DNA from: Eledone cirrhosa
Lineage: Eukaryota
Assembly: GCA_964016885.1 (NCBI GenBank)
Contig: OZ024743.1
Span: forward strand, 330,274,001 to 330,338,000
Direction of reading: 5' to 3'
Length of the DNA: 64,000 nucleotides
Shown in pieces: positions 44,386-57,400 of the stretch; the first letter of the stretch is position 1; every line of letters starts with the position of its first letter. A model generated the notes under the pieces. The model saw nothing but the letters and a program-made list of their open reading frames with translations. It did no database searches and had not been told where the DNA came from. A program made the translations under genes and the position numbers.

Positions 44386-44948
44386 ATATTCCTCCGGTTG
44401 GTGCGAGCAACGGCTAAAAAAAGTCGTTGGGATACGTAAATAAAGGGGACGCGAGGGTAAACAAACAAAATGGTGAGGCAACAGAAAGTGAGGAAGAAGG
44501 AGACAAGTCCCAGATTTCTATGAATTTAAGTTCGGTGAAATCGTGAACGAGAGAATAAAGACCATCAAACCTGGTTGAAATGTGAGCAAAGAAGGAATTT
44601 CGCACAGGTCTAACGGGAGGAAGAAGGGGTCTGGTCTGCGAATTCGGTAAACATAAGTTCTGTGAAATCGTAGACGAGAGAGAAAAAATTCCGACCAGCT
44701 TGGCCGAGAATGTGAGAGAAAAGAGTTACTCACAGGTCAAACGGGAAGAAAGAGGAGGAGGAGGAGAGGTAGTGACAGAGAATGAGTGAGTGAAGGGTGA
44801 GGTGAGGAAGATGCTAACAGAGAAAGAGACTGCTAGAAAGGGTAAATATACATAGAACGAAAAAGACGGTGTAGCAGCAGAGGAAAAAATATGTGTAAAT
44901 ATGATAATAAGGGCGCCGCGGAGTTGCAAATGGGTTACATATGAAAAA

Positions 44949-45007
44949 AGTTTGTCCTTCATCAGTGATCTTCCAACTATCATAGGCATTTCATCGCTTT
45001 AAAGACC
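44949..45007 (-). ncRNA. Type II-like hammerhead motif, copy 2
   Basis: GGTCTTTAAAGCGAT-GAAA-TGCC-TA-TGAT-AGTTGGAAG-ATCA-CTGATGA-AGGACAAACT, with a perfect stem I (TGAT/ATCA) in the correct register. Confidence 0.6.
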
Positions 45008-45330
45008 ATATACCACCGGTTGGTGCGAGCAACGGCTAAAAAAGTCGTTGGGACACGTAAATAAAGGGGACGCGAGGGTAAACAAACAAAATGGTGAGGC
45101 AACAGAAAGTGAGGAAGAAGGAGACAAGTCCCAGATTTTTATGAATTTAAGTTCGGTGAAATCGTGAACGAGAGAATAAAGACCATCAAACCTGGTTGAA
45201 ATGTGAGCGAGGAAGGAATTTCGCACAGGTCTAACGGAAGGAAGAAGGGGTCTGGTCTGCGAATTCGGTAAACATAAGTTCTGTGAAATCGTAGACGAGA
45301 GAGAGAAAAAATTCATACCAGCTTGGCCAG

Positions 45331-45387
<57 letters not shown>

Positions 45388-46173
45388 TATAACAAACTGG
45401 TAACCGCATGTAAACACAGATTGCGTAGGACTTACCTTGCCCTTAAACCCCATAACGACCCGGGTGGGTAGACAAGGGCTGATAGATACCCCCCTCCCCC
45501 CAACTTGCCGAATAAGTTAGGGGAACCCCAGCTTACTTAGGTAAATGTATCTCTTTTCTTTTCTTTTCCTCTTTGTCTTCTTCTTCACCCTGTCTCATCC
45601 TATCACTTCCTTCCACCCCCTATTTTTTTCCTAGTCTGCTTCTCCCCTTTCGCCTACCCCGATGCAGCCTTTCGGGCCTCTGTAGCATCAGTTCCCCCGC
45701 CCCTGTAATTTTAAGATAGAATTGGCCGAATACGTTTTACTAACTACTTATAGCAGACGTGTTAAACCCCTTTAATTTTGTATCAGCTCTGGTACTACTC
45801 CAATTTCTACAAGTTTTTTCTATTCTCAACTTATTAACCTGTAATTGTAAGATAGCAATGTGATTTTTTAAATTCATTTCTCACTATCTAATTTTATATA
45901 TTTTTTAATTTCTTTCTATTATCTTTTATTGTCTCCTACTCTCATTCGATTTACCTATTCTATAACCTCCCACCCCTACTTCATACACTATCCTTAGAAT
46001 CTGCTGTATACATATCACTTTCAACGCTTGACCGCTCCACTCACTCCCCTATTGTTCTACAGGCAAGTTCAGCCACCCCTACCTCCCACCAAATGCCATG
46101 ATAGACTTATTTGTGTTTACAACAAAGTTTAACCAATCCTCTTGACAACTACAATCTTCCCATATAAGGAAGT

Positions 46174-46270
46174 ACCCCCTTGAAAAGTTCGGCTATTTAT
46201 TCACCAGGCTAAAAGTTCTAATTTAGTCCAGAAATAGCCGTCGAAACGGCTTGAGCTCTGTCGTCGCGGT
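46174..46270 (+). ncRNA. Degenerate type I hammerhead (PLE pseudo-LTR relic)
   Basis: ACCCC-cTTGAAAA (decayed CTGANGA), long stem II CGGCTATTT/AAATAGCCG, GAAACGGC tt GAGCTC t GTCGTC, then GCGGT; followed by (TA)n. Confidence 0.55.
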
Positions 46271-46280
46271 CATACTTTGT

Positions 46281-46370
<90 letters not shown>

Positions 46371-46726
46371 TAAATTCAGCGAGAATTGTATTTCAGCTGG
46401 TAGAAAAAGCGAAACGAAACGCAAAATCGTAGATATGCTGGCAAGCACTCCAATAGTTAAGAAAACTAGAGCTAAACAATATGTTAAAACGCCATACAAA
46501 CTGAAAAAGTGGTCAAGAAGGCATCAACCACCTAAGCCAAAAAACAAATCAAGCTAAACAGGTCAAACAAAATAAATGATAAAAACTGATAAAATATAAC
46601 TGATATATATAAATTCAGTCACACGTATTGGTTCATCTGCAATAATGCGAAATGAAAGAGTGATAGAAATCAAATGGGTCTTCTATTACATGTATTGTGA
46701 ATGATTTCCCATCACCGGTATCTCCG

Positions 46727-46908
<182 letters not shown>

Positions 46909-47154
46909 TAGTGAACATTTAGATTTGTGTGTTACGAACAAGTCCCCCAAATTCTCGGTTTTCCCATTATAGTTGCCATTATGATAGTGATGTTAATGGC
47001 ATTAATAATGATTATTATTATTATTATTACTGTTTGTTGTTGTTGTTATTGTTATTCGGACGTAGCAGGAAACAAAAACAAACGCACATACAAACACACA
47101 CATACGTAACAAAAAATTCCTATACTTTTGAATTTTTGAGATTGCCACATAGAC

Positions 47155-47255
47155 AATTATTTCTACTTTTGGCCCAAGGTTAAAAATGATTCCAGTGTAT
47201 TACTGGTGCTTTATTTGCGCAAACAGGACGAAGAGGGATGATATAGACCCGTAAG
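47155..47255 (-). mobile_element. Degraded 3' fragment of the Deu/Nin-type SINE
   Basis: ATTTCTACTTTTGGC...CCAGTGTATTACTGGTGCTTTATTT matches the reverse complement of the SINE tail. Confidence 0.65.
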
Positions 47256-47514
47256 GTCAGAACCCCAGAAAGAGGATTTGCTCAGAAATCAATAGTCGTG
47301 TCTGAGGAACCTGCGAATCCAGATTCAGGTTCGATCCACACACAGATCGCACCCCGAACTGTTCGCCGGAGAAAGAATTGTAATACATAATAAATTGAGT
47401 TCCTATGCATCACTGATTCTTCGTTTTCCATTCTATCATACTCTGCTCCGTAAGAGCATAGAGAGCTTAACCGACATACCGCCTATGGACGCATCCTAGC
47501 TACCATAAGACATA

Positions 47515-47620
<106 letters not shown>

Positions 47621-47733
47621 AAGGCGGGTAAAATTCCCGAGATCCATGGACGAGTTCTCTCCAGCGGTCTCTGTCCCTCATTATCGCTGCCATATCCTGC
47701 ATCGCCAACAGACCATAAGTTTTAATATAGATG

Positions 47734-47784
47734 AGATTCTACAGGACTAGAACTGTTTCATTCTTTAGAAATCATCAGGAATCT
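47734..47784 (-). ncRNA. Type I hammerhead ribozyme (intact core)
   Basis: Reverse complement of 48400-48450. Confidence 0.85.
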
Positions 47785-48369
47785 GGGTATCAAAAAATAA
47801 ATATGGTATTTATAGGTCTCTACAAGTGGTAGGAGAGGGTGGGGAGTGGGATGGGTGTAGGGCATTGGTTGATAGAAAAGGGAATTCATTAAAAGCTAAT
47901 TCTACAAAGCTATAGTTTATTTTTATTAATTTTTGTTTTTAGAGTAACAAAGGCAGACAGAATGTGTCTGTTGATTTTTGGCATATAGTTGATTAGTTTA
48001 AGAGAAGTTCGAAGATAATTGTAAGATATGCACTCAGTATTTTGAATCTGTCTACAGAATTCTCTAAACCTTTGTCACTTAGTAGAACCTTAATGAATTT
48101 AGCTTTTAAAGAATCTCCCTTTCCTTTAATTCTATCTACCATGACTGACCCCCTCCCTACTGATCTTAAAGAGAAACTTAATGACAAGGAATGGTATGCC
48201 ATCCGGAACCTGTTTATAGAATTCTGTCTGCCTTTGTTACTCTAAAAACAAAAATTAATAAAAATAAACTATAGCTTTGTAGAATTAGCTTTTAATGAAT
48301 TCCCTTTTCTATCAACCAATGCTCTACACCCATCCCACTCCCCACCCTCTCCTACCACTTGTAGAGACC

Positions 48370-48377
48370 TATAAATA
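48370..48377 (+). promoter_or_regulatory. TATA-box-like motif in the pseudo-LTR
   Basis: TATAAATA about 25 nt upstream of the HHR, following a C-rich tract. Confidence 0.35.
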
Positions 48378-48399
48378 CCATATTTATTTTTTGATACCC

Positions 48400-48450
48400 A
48401 GATTCCTGATGATTTCTAAAGAATGAAACAGTTCTAGTCCTGTAGAATCT
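48400..48450 (+). ncRNA. Type I hammerhead ribozyme (intact core)
   Basis: AGATTC-CTGATGA-tTTCtaaaGAAt-GAAACAG ttctagtc CTGTA-GAATCT. Stem I has 6 bp, the cleavage triplet is GUA, and loop 3 contains the palindrome CTAG. Confidence 0.85.
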
Positions 48451-48559
48451 CATCTATATTAAAACTTTTATACTCTGCAATGTATTGAGTACCTTACTTA
48501 CTGTGGTTACCTCCGATTCAACCCGGAATAACGTAATATATATATATATATATATATAT

Positions 48560-48957
48560 TACAAAACAGTGGATATAGAGAAAAGGTGGAGTTGGAAATA
48601 GCACGGAAGATATATTTAAGGGTCTGTTTTTCTTTTTTTTCCTTTCTTTGATTCGTCAAAGTGACATTATTGAAAAGATAACATTATTGAAAAAATGTGA
48701 GGGACAATTCTTTTTATAAAAAAGTTTTATAAAGTATATAAAGTATATAAAGTATATAAAGTATGTAAAGTATTACCGGTTTCGATTAAAATTAATCTTA
48801 TCAAATGTTGAGTATTGAATTTAAAAATCAAAAAGAATTGAAAGAAGTTAAAAATTAAAAATTAAAGATTTAAAATTAAAATTAAATGTTGGAGTAAGTT
48901 TTCTTCCATCTTTCTTGCTCAAAATTTGGCTGGAGAATGAGTTCTTGTTAATAGATA
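48560..48957 (-). mobile_element. Solo PLE pseudo-LTR relic with decayed minimal hammerhead (48769-48809)
   Basis: Minus strand reads TTGATAA (decayed CTGATGA)-GATTA attt TAATC-GAAA-CCGG-TA, with the palindromic tetraloop typical of minimal PLE HHRs. It is preceded by 'SINKN', resembling a GIY-YIG C-terminus, and lies between TA-rich tracts. Confidence 0.6.
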
Positions 48958-49029
48958 TACACATATATATGCATATCATATATGGTTACACGCACACACA
49001 CATATATAACTAATGATCAACAACAACAG

Positions 49030-49075
<46 letters not shown>

Positions 49076-49082
<7 letters not shown>

Positions 49083-49669
49083 TGCCTCCTCGTTATCGAG
49101 TGTGGCCATTGCACGATATAACATTATTAATAATTATTAATTAATTCTATCGTGCAATGCCTGTGCGTGAAGATATTTTTTAAAGTGAGGAAAGACTGTG
49201 CACTGAGCCAATCCCACTCTCTGAGCGACAGTAGCTATAACCCGAAAAGAAGAAAAGATTAACATCATCGGTAACTACTGAGTCGCAGGTTTTATATCGG
49301 AGCTATCCCAGTTTCCTGAGTTGCCTTCTCCTAGAAGAATGCCCTGACAAAGGCTAGGGGGTCCTTCACTTCCAGTGGTTTAACTGCGCGATCGGGTGTC
49401 CAGTCCAGCCCGACTCTTTCTATGTCTCCGCGCATATACATACATATGTACATGTGTATATACATATTTACAAACACTTTCGGATGGCCGTTGACTCTTA
49501 TGAGTTCTTCCGCCCTTTGTCAGGTTTTATTTTTTTGTCCTGCAAGGTGTCCAAAATCACACTCCTCACCAAGTAAACATGGTGGGGTTGCCGGTTTAGT
49601 CGCCGACGACCCGACCATGCGACAGGTTATACTAGGTTACATGTTACCAGTAGCACTCAAGAGTGACCC

Positions 49670-49671
<2 letters not shown>
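49076..49671 (-). mobile_element. Probable LINE (RTE-like) 5'-region fragments between (TA)n tracts
   Basis: GC-richer, hairpin-rich island with sharp microsatellite borders. TTGCCTTCTCCTAG...AAGGCTAG resembles RTE 5' UTR sequence from memory only. Confidence 0.35.
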
Positions 49672-50877
<1,206 letters not shown>

Positions 50878-51008
50878 TTGTCACATAACACGCAACATAT
50901 AAAAGAATCTGTCAGCAAAAGACCTGTTATATAGATTTCCTACACAAAAATCTGTGAGTATTGATGGAAAGGAAACTTTTAACACAACCGAATGTTTTTA
51001 AGGAACAC

Positions 51009-51808
51009 ACATAGATTAGGTACCTTACTAACATACACACTTGTCGTACGGTAGTTACACACTCGTGTTATGTAAGTGATGACATAGATTAGGTACCTTA
51101 CTAACATACACACTTGTCGTACGGTAGTTACACACTCGTGTTATGTAAGTGATAACATAGATTAGGTACCTTACTAACATACACACTTGTCGTACGGTAG
51201 TTACACACTCGTGTTATGTAAGTGTTCACATAGATTAGGTACCTTACTAACATACACACTTGTCGTACGGTAGTTACACACTCGTGTTATGTAAGTGATG
51301 ACATAGATTAGGTACCTTACTAACATACACACTTGTCGTACGGTAGTTACACACTCGTGTTATGTAAGTGATGACATAGATTGGGTACCTTACTAACATA
51401 CACATGTCGTACGGTAGATACACACTCATGTTATGTAAGTGTTCACATAGATTAGGTACCTTACTAACATACACTTGTCGTACGGTAGTTACACACTCGT
51501 GTTATGTAAGTGATGACATAGATTAGGTACCTTACTAACATACACACTTGTCGTACGGTAGTTACACACTCGTGTTATGTAAGTGATGACATAGATTGGG
51601 TACCTTACTAACATACACACTTGTCGTACGGTAGTTACACACTCGTGTTATGTAAGTGATGACATAGATTAGGTACCTTACTAACATACACATGTCGTAC
51701 GGTAGATACACACTCATGTTATGTAAGTGTTCACATAGATTAGGTACCTTACTAACATACACATGTCGTACGGTAGTTACACACTCGTGTTATGTAAGTG
51801 TTCACATA
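51009..51808. repeat. 73-bp minisatellite, ~11 copies
   Basis: ACATAGATTAGGTACCTTACTAACATACACACTTGTCGTACGGTAGTTACACACTCGTGTTATGTAAGTGATG starts at 51009, 51082, 51155 and onward. It decays into related CA-rich sequence up to ~52445. Confidence 0.96.
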
Positions 51809-52323
51809 CATATTACGTAATTTAGTCACACACATACATTACGTACCGTAGTTATTCACACCTTACGTATGTTAGTCACACACACATAGGTACTGTAGTT
51901 ACACACACATTATATACAGTAGCTACACACCATATCTATGTTAGTTACACACACACATTTCGATGTTAGTTATACACACATTATTATACAGTTGTTATAC
52001 ACACCTTATCTATGTAAGTTTGTCACACACATTATGTAGAGTATTTATACACACATTATGTATGTTAGTCACAGATACACATTATGTATGATAGTCACAC
52101 TCACACACACTCACTCACACATACATGCACACAAGATTAGGTACGACAACCACACAGAGACAGGTTACGGTAGTCACACATACACATTATGTATGATAGT
52201 CACACACACTCACACATACACTCACACACACACACCCACATACACACACACATACACACAAAGATTAGGTAGGACAACCACACACAGACAAGTTACGGTA
52301 GTCACGCACATTATGTATGATAG

Positions 52324-52363
<40 letters not shown>

Positions 52364-53580
52364 ACTCACACACTCACACACTCACACACACAAAGATTAG
52401 GTACGACAACCACACAGAGACAGGTTACGGTAGTCACACACAGAAACTACTTACTCCGTTGTTGGTGAAATGAAACTGTCACTCATCAGAATGATAAACC
52501 CTGCAGTTATGTTATTACTAATAAAACCTTAATATTCTAACACACGCCACCACCAGTAACTTTATATAGGTAATGACACCATGGCTCTCTAGAAACCTAT
52601 TTACTATTTACTATTTCAACACTCATAAAGACATTAGGTAATACAATTAATAAAATTAACATAAATTAAAGCTATTTTTATATCATATCAACCGATATGA
52701 TATACTTTCCCCTTCTTCTGTAGTTTTACATGTTGTAGAATAGATTGTGCTATATTCTTTGAGGCAGAGATAGAGTTATTTATTTATATTCATCCTTTCA
52801 TTTACATTAAAGAAAATAAACGATCCTTCGTCGGTTTTGGCGATGAGTATTCCACTTGTTCTGTTGACATAAATGCCTACTCTCGGGTCTCGGATAATGG
52901 GACTGACTCTGAAATTCTCAAGTGTTCGGCCATGTTGCATGCACAAATAATTACCTCTACAACAAACTACAAGAAGGTAAACTGTTCTACTAAAGTAGAA
53001 AACAATAAGAGAAGGGAACTAACATGTTACGTGGAAATACTATATTAATGATATATTTCTTTATTTGCCACAAGGTCGCACAAGAAAAGGGAACAATACA
53101 AAGACATACGGCGGGGGTTTTACATACAGTCGTGTAAAAAAGTTTAAACATGAAAATATAACAATCGAAATCCCCTGTAGGGGGGAGGCGTTACAAATGG
53201 GTTGTTTTATACCCCGTAGATAGAACAACCCTCAACTCCAGGAATATGTTGTGATACAGGAAAGTTGTACATTATTCTGAATCAGGAATTGAAAATAGTA
53301 AAACATGTATTATCATATATGACTATTAAAATATTTGGCTGTTGGTCGGAAATGTGAATTGTCTATGAAGTAGAATAGCTCAACAGTTGAATATTTGTTG
53401 TATACTTAATAAATAACACGTCGTATTTCTCGACGAAATTCTCCGAGGGAAACTATTTCAATATTACTAAATAACTCCTGTCTAGTGGATGAAAGAAGTG
53501 AAGTTCGTCTCTCCTTTTTTTTCCTGTATACTTATGTTTTATATAACACCGTGGAGAACTTAACTTTGTCTTGAATTCAC

Positions 53581-53797
53581 TAATAATAGTTTCTGATTTA
53601 GGCACAAGGCCAGCAATGCTGGGGAGGAGAAAGTCAATTAAATCAACCCCAGTGCATTACTGGTATTTATTTATCGACTCCATAAGGATGAAAAGCAAAG
53701 CTAACCTCAGTGTGATTTGAAATCAGAACGTGAAGGGGCATAACTCGATGTCGTGAAGCATAGTGTCCAACGCTCCAACGATCCTGCCAATCCACTA
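53581..53797 (-). mobile_element. Deu/Nin-type SINE, older diverged copy
   Basis: CTGGTATTTATTTATCGACTCCATAAGGATGAAAAGCAAAG core, with head CTGCCAATCCAC. Confidence 0.85.
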
Positions 53798-54244
53798 TAA
53801 TTGCCTATGAGCTGCACTGAGGAGATATAAATATATCGAAACGTACATCTATAGATAACAGAGAAAAGCAACGTTCATATAGAATAATAGCATGCATGCA
53901 TGTCCCTTAACTCCTGATAGAGTCGTGGGGTCACTGTAATGACTTACGGAGTTTCTTAGAGCATTTTAAGCCTGGCGGAGACCATCCCTCTCCAGGCCTG
54001 AACACACCAGATTTCTTCCAGAGAAGGAGAGAGAGTGAGAGAGAGGAAGATAGAGAGTGAGAGAAAGGAAGATAGAGAGTGAGAGAAAGGAAGATAGAGA
54101 GTGAGAGAAAGGAAGCGAAAAGGAAATATAGAGGACGAATCGACCCCAGTACTAGACTGGTATTTTTCTATCAAATATCTCAAATAACGTCTCTTGATAG
54201 AGTTTGATTTATGATAGCTTCTCTATATCTAAGTCTAAGTCTGT

Positions 54245-54510
54245 CTCAAGCCAGGAGGTTGGTCAGGCTAGTGCTTATCCCGGTTTCGTGGCGTCAAGCA
54301 ACTGAGAATACAAGACTCCCCACTGTACAGTACGCCAGGCATCGCAAAGTTAATACCCTCCCCCCGCATATTGCTGGTACTCATTTTCAGCTGAGTATAC
54401 TGGAGCAACGTGAAAAGAAATGTTTTTTCTCAAGAACACAACATACAGCCCAGCACTTGAATCGAACCCACATTATGATCGTAAGTTCAACAGCCTTACC
54501 ACTAGGCCAC
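54245..54510 (-). mobile_element. tRNA-derived SINE, second family
   Basis: Minus strand has GTGGCCTAGTGGTAAGG (A box), GGGTTCGATTC (B box) and TTGCTCCAGTATACTCAGCTGAAAATGAGTACCAGC. Confidence 0.8.
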
Positions 54511-54744
54511 AAGAGTTGTGTATATAGTAAGGGAGGGGAAGAGAGTTCCTAGTAAATGTTTTTATTTCTTTATACTGGGGCCGGGGGGGGGGGGGGGCAT
54601 AATAGAGAAAGATGGGGAGAGTGGGAGAGACGGAGGCAGTGACAGTGGGAGCTTGGTTCCTTTGTGTTCGGACCTGCTGTATATGTATATAGGTTTCACG
54701 AACACGAAAGTAAAGTTGATTGTACGACACACCCCATACTTATG

Positions 54745-55165
54745 GATAGAGATCAACCCCACATGTCACAGCTATAAGATTGAGATCAACCCCACATGTC
54801 ACTGTTATAAGATGGAGATCAATCCCACATGTCACTGCTATAAGATTGAGATCAACACCACATGTCACAGCTATAAGATGGAGATCAACCCCACATCCCA
54901 CCAATATAAGATGGAGATCAACCCCACATGTCACCACTACAAGATGGAGATCAACACCACATGTCACAGCTATAAGATGGAGATCAACCCCACATCCCAC
55001 CAATATAAGATGGAGATCAACCCCACATGTCACCACTACAAGATGGAGATCAACACCACATGTCACAGCTATAAGATGGAGATCAACCCCACATCCCACC
55101 AATATAAGATGGAGATCAACACCACATGTCACAGCTATCAGACGATGATCAGCCCCACATCCCAC
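54745..55165. repeat. 33-bp minisatellite (~13 copies) with a 99-bp higher-order period
   Basis: GAGATCAACCCCACATGTCACAGCTATAAGATG; three variants cycle in order. Confidence 0.95.
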
Positions 55166-55477
55166 CGCTCAACCGCACATGATACCGCTATAAATAAAAC
55201 TTAGAGGTCAGTTCACCTCGGGGTATCAGTTGCGAGGCATGGATTTGAGCCGAGGCTTTGATAAATGTGACTATCCAAGATAATCCGGAAGTGGGATCTG
55301 ATCTGAGACCTGATGAATGTCCTGAAACATTCGACCAGGTTTATCTATTTAAATATACACACAGCAGAAATAATGTATTTAGGAACAAATCTATTATTCA
55401 TTTGTAATTATGTAGCCATGTATTTTGGTGAATATTTCCTTTCTAATAATTGCATTTATATAATTAGGCATCTGAGC

Positions 55478-57212
55478 ATGTGTTTATGTAGTCAGGCCTG
55501 TATGTGTGTGTGTGTTGTGTGTGTTTATGTAGTCAGGCCAGTATGGGTGTGTGTGTTGTGTGTGTTTATGTAGTCAGGCCAGTATGTGTGTGTGTGTTGT
55601 GTGTGTTGTGTGTGTTTATGTAGTCAGGCCAGTATGTGTGTGTGTGTTGTGTGTGTTTATGTAGTCAGGCCAGTATGTGTGTGTGTGTTGTGTGTGTTTA
55701 TGTAGTCAGGCCAGTATGGGTGTGTGTGTTGTGTGTGTTTATGTAGTCAGGCCAGTATGTGTGTGTGTGTTGTGTGTGTTGTGTGTGTTTATGTAGCCAG
55801 GCCAGTATGTGTGTTGTGTGTGTTGTGTGTGTTTATGTAGTCAGGCCAGTATGTGTGTGTGTTGTGTGTGTTTATGTAGTCAGGCCTGTATGTGTGTGTA
55901 TTGTGTATTTATGTAGTCTGGCCTGTATGTGTGTATATTTGTGTGCGTGTTGTGTTGTGTGTGTTTGTGTGTGTATGTGTGTCTTGTGTGTGTGTTGTGT
56001 GTGCATGAGTGTGTGTATGTGTGTTTGTATGTGTATGTGTGTGTTGTGTGTGTTGTGTGTGTATGAGTGTGCTGCGTGAGTTTGTGTGTTGTGTGTGTAT
56101 GTTGTGTGTGTGTTGTGTGCATATGTGTGTATGTGTTTGTTGTGTGTATATGTGTGTATATGTGTGTGTGCTGTGTGTGTTGTGTGTGTTGTGTATGAGT
56201 GTATGTGTTGCGTGTGTATGTATGTGTGTGTTGTGTGTGTTGTGTGTGTGTTGTGTGTGTTGTGTTTATGAGTGCTTCTGTGTGTTGTGTGTTTATGAGT
56301 ATGTATGTATTTGTGTATGTGTTTATGTAGTCAGGCCTGTGCGTGTGTGTGTTGTGTATGCGTGTTTGTTTGTGTATGAGTGTGTGTGTATGTGTGTATG
56401 TGTGTGTGTGTGTGCTGTGTGTTGTGTGTATATGTGTGTGTATGTGTGTGTAGTTGTGTGTGTGTTGTGAGTGTTATGTGTTGTGTATGTATGAGTGTTT
56501 CTGTGTGTTGTATATTTACGAGTTTGTGTGTATTTGTGTATGTATTTATGTAGTCAGTGTGTGTGTGTGTGTGTGTGTGTGTTTGTGTGTATGTATTTGA
56601 GCGTGTGGCTGTCTGTATGCAGGCCTGTATGTGTGTGTCTTGTGTGAGTGTATAAATTGTGTGTTCGTGTATGTGAGGGAGTGGGAGTTGTGTGTTTATG
56701 AGTGTGTGTGTTTATGAGTGTGTGTGTTTGTGTATGTATTTATGTGTGTGTGTGTGTGCGCGTGCATATATCAGTGTTTCTGAATGCGTGTGAGTGTGTA
56801 TGTGAGTGTGTATGTGAGTGTGAATGTGTGTGTTTGTGCGTGTGGTTGTTTGTATGTATGTTTGTGTATGTCTGCTTGAGCACGTAAGTGTGCTTGTGCA
56901 CATGTGTGTGTGTGGGGGCATTTGTGTGTGATGAATGCTTCTGCATGTATGTGTGTATTTGTGAGTGCACATGTATGTTTGTGCGTGTAGTTGTCTGTAT
57001 GTGTGTTTGTGCATGTGTATGTGTATGTAAGTGTACTTGAGCATGGAAATGTATGTGCAAGTGTATGTTTATGCGTGTGGTTCTTTCTATGTGCGTTTGT
57101 GTATGTGCTTGTGTGTTTGTGTATGTGTGTAAGTCTGCTTGAACACGTAAGTGTGCTTGTGCACACACGTGAGTGTGTGTGTGTGTGTGAATGTGCGGTT
57201 GTTTGTGTGTGG
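55478..57212. repeat. ~42-bp minisatellite (GTTTATGTAGTCAGGCCAGTAT plus GT runs) grading into GT-rich low complexity
   Basis: Read directly from the sequence. Confidence 0.93.
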
Positions 57213-57231
57213 CTACGTGCTTTTCTGTAGT

Positions 57232-57400
57232 GATGTCACTGTAGTAAGGTTAAGAGGTTCGCTTTTCAGCCCTATGTTTCCGAGTTGGATCCCACGGCCC
57301 AGCAATTTAGACGAGTATCTACTACAATAAACTCGGATTGACCAATACCTTGAGTGAGAATTAAGCAGACCAAACGTGTGCTCAAGCCGGTTGTATATAC
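57232..57400 (+). mobile_element. Diverged tRNA-derived SINE, third family
   Basis: Decayed A/B boxes (GAGTTGGATCCC), then CTACTACAATAAACTCGGATTGACCAATACCTTGAGTGAG, similar to octopus SINE bodies as I recall them. Confidence 0.6.

Larger units (their letters stand above)
44281..45328 (-). mobile_element. Non-coding partial tandem element (622-bp period, ~1.7 copies) flanked by (TA)n; retrozyme-like
   Basis: 44281-44705 is repeated at 44903-45328. Each copy carries a permuted HHR core and there is no credible ORF. Confidence 0.7.
47717..48535. mobile_element. Short PLE insertion: two inverted pseudo-LTRs (47717-47963 and 48221-48467) with a tail ending in (TA)n
   Basis: The 247-bp arms are nearly identical (one mismatch seen) and each has an intact HHR; the spacer is 257 bp. 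Confidence 0.85.

Noticed and set aside
47297-47345. CTGAGGA followed by a stem (hammerhead-like)
   Set aside because: The GAAA half and stem III are missing. The CTGATGA hits at ~50072 and ~52483 also lack compatible stems.
53902-53955. Twister-like TAACTCC...GGAG fold
   Set aside because: The conserved pseudoknot nucleotides and P1 partner were not found.
55298-55340. CTGATGA...GAAA hairpin as a hammerhead or SECIS
   Set aside because: No stem I and no UH triplet in register; the ATGA-to-AAA distance (8 nt) is too short for a SECIS.
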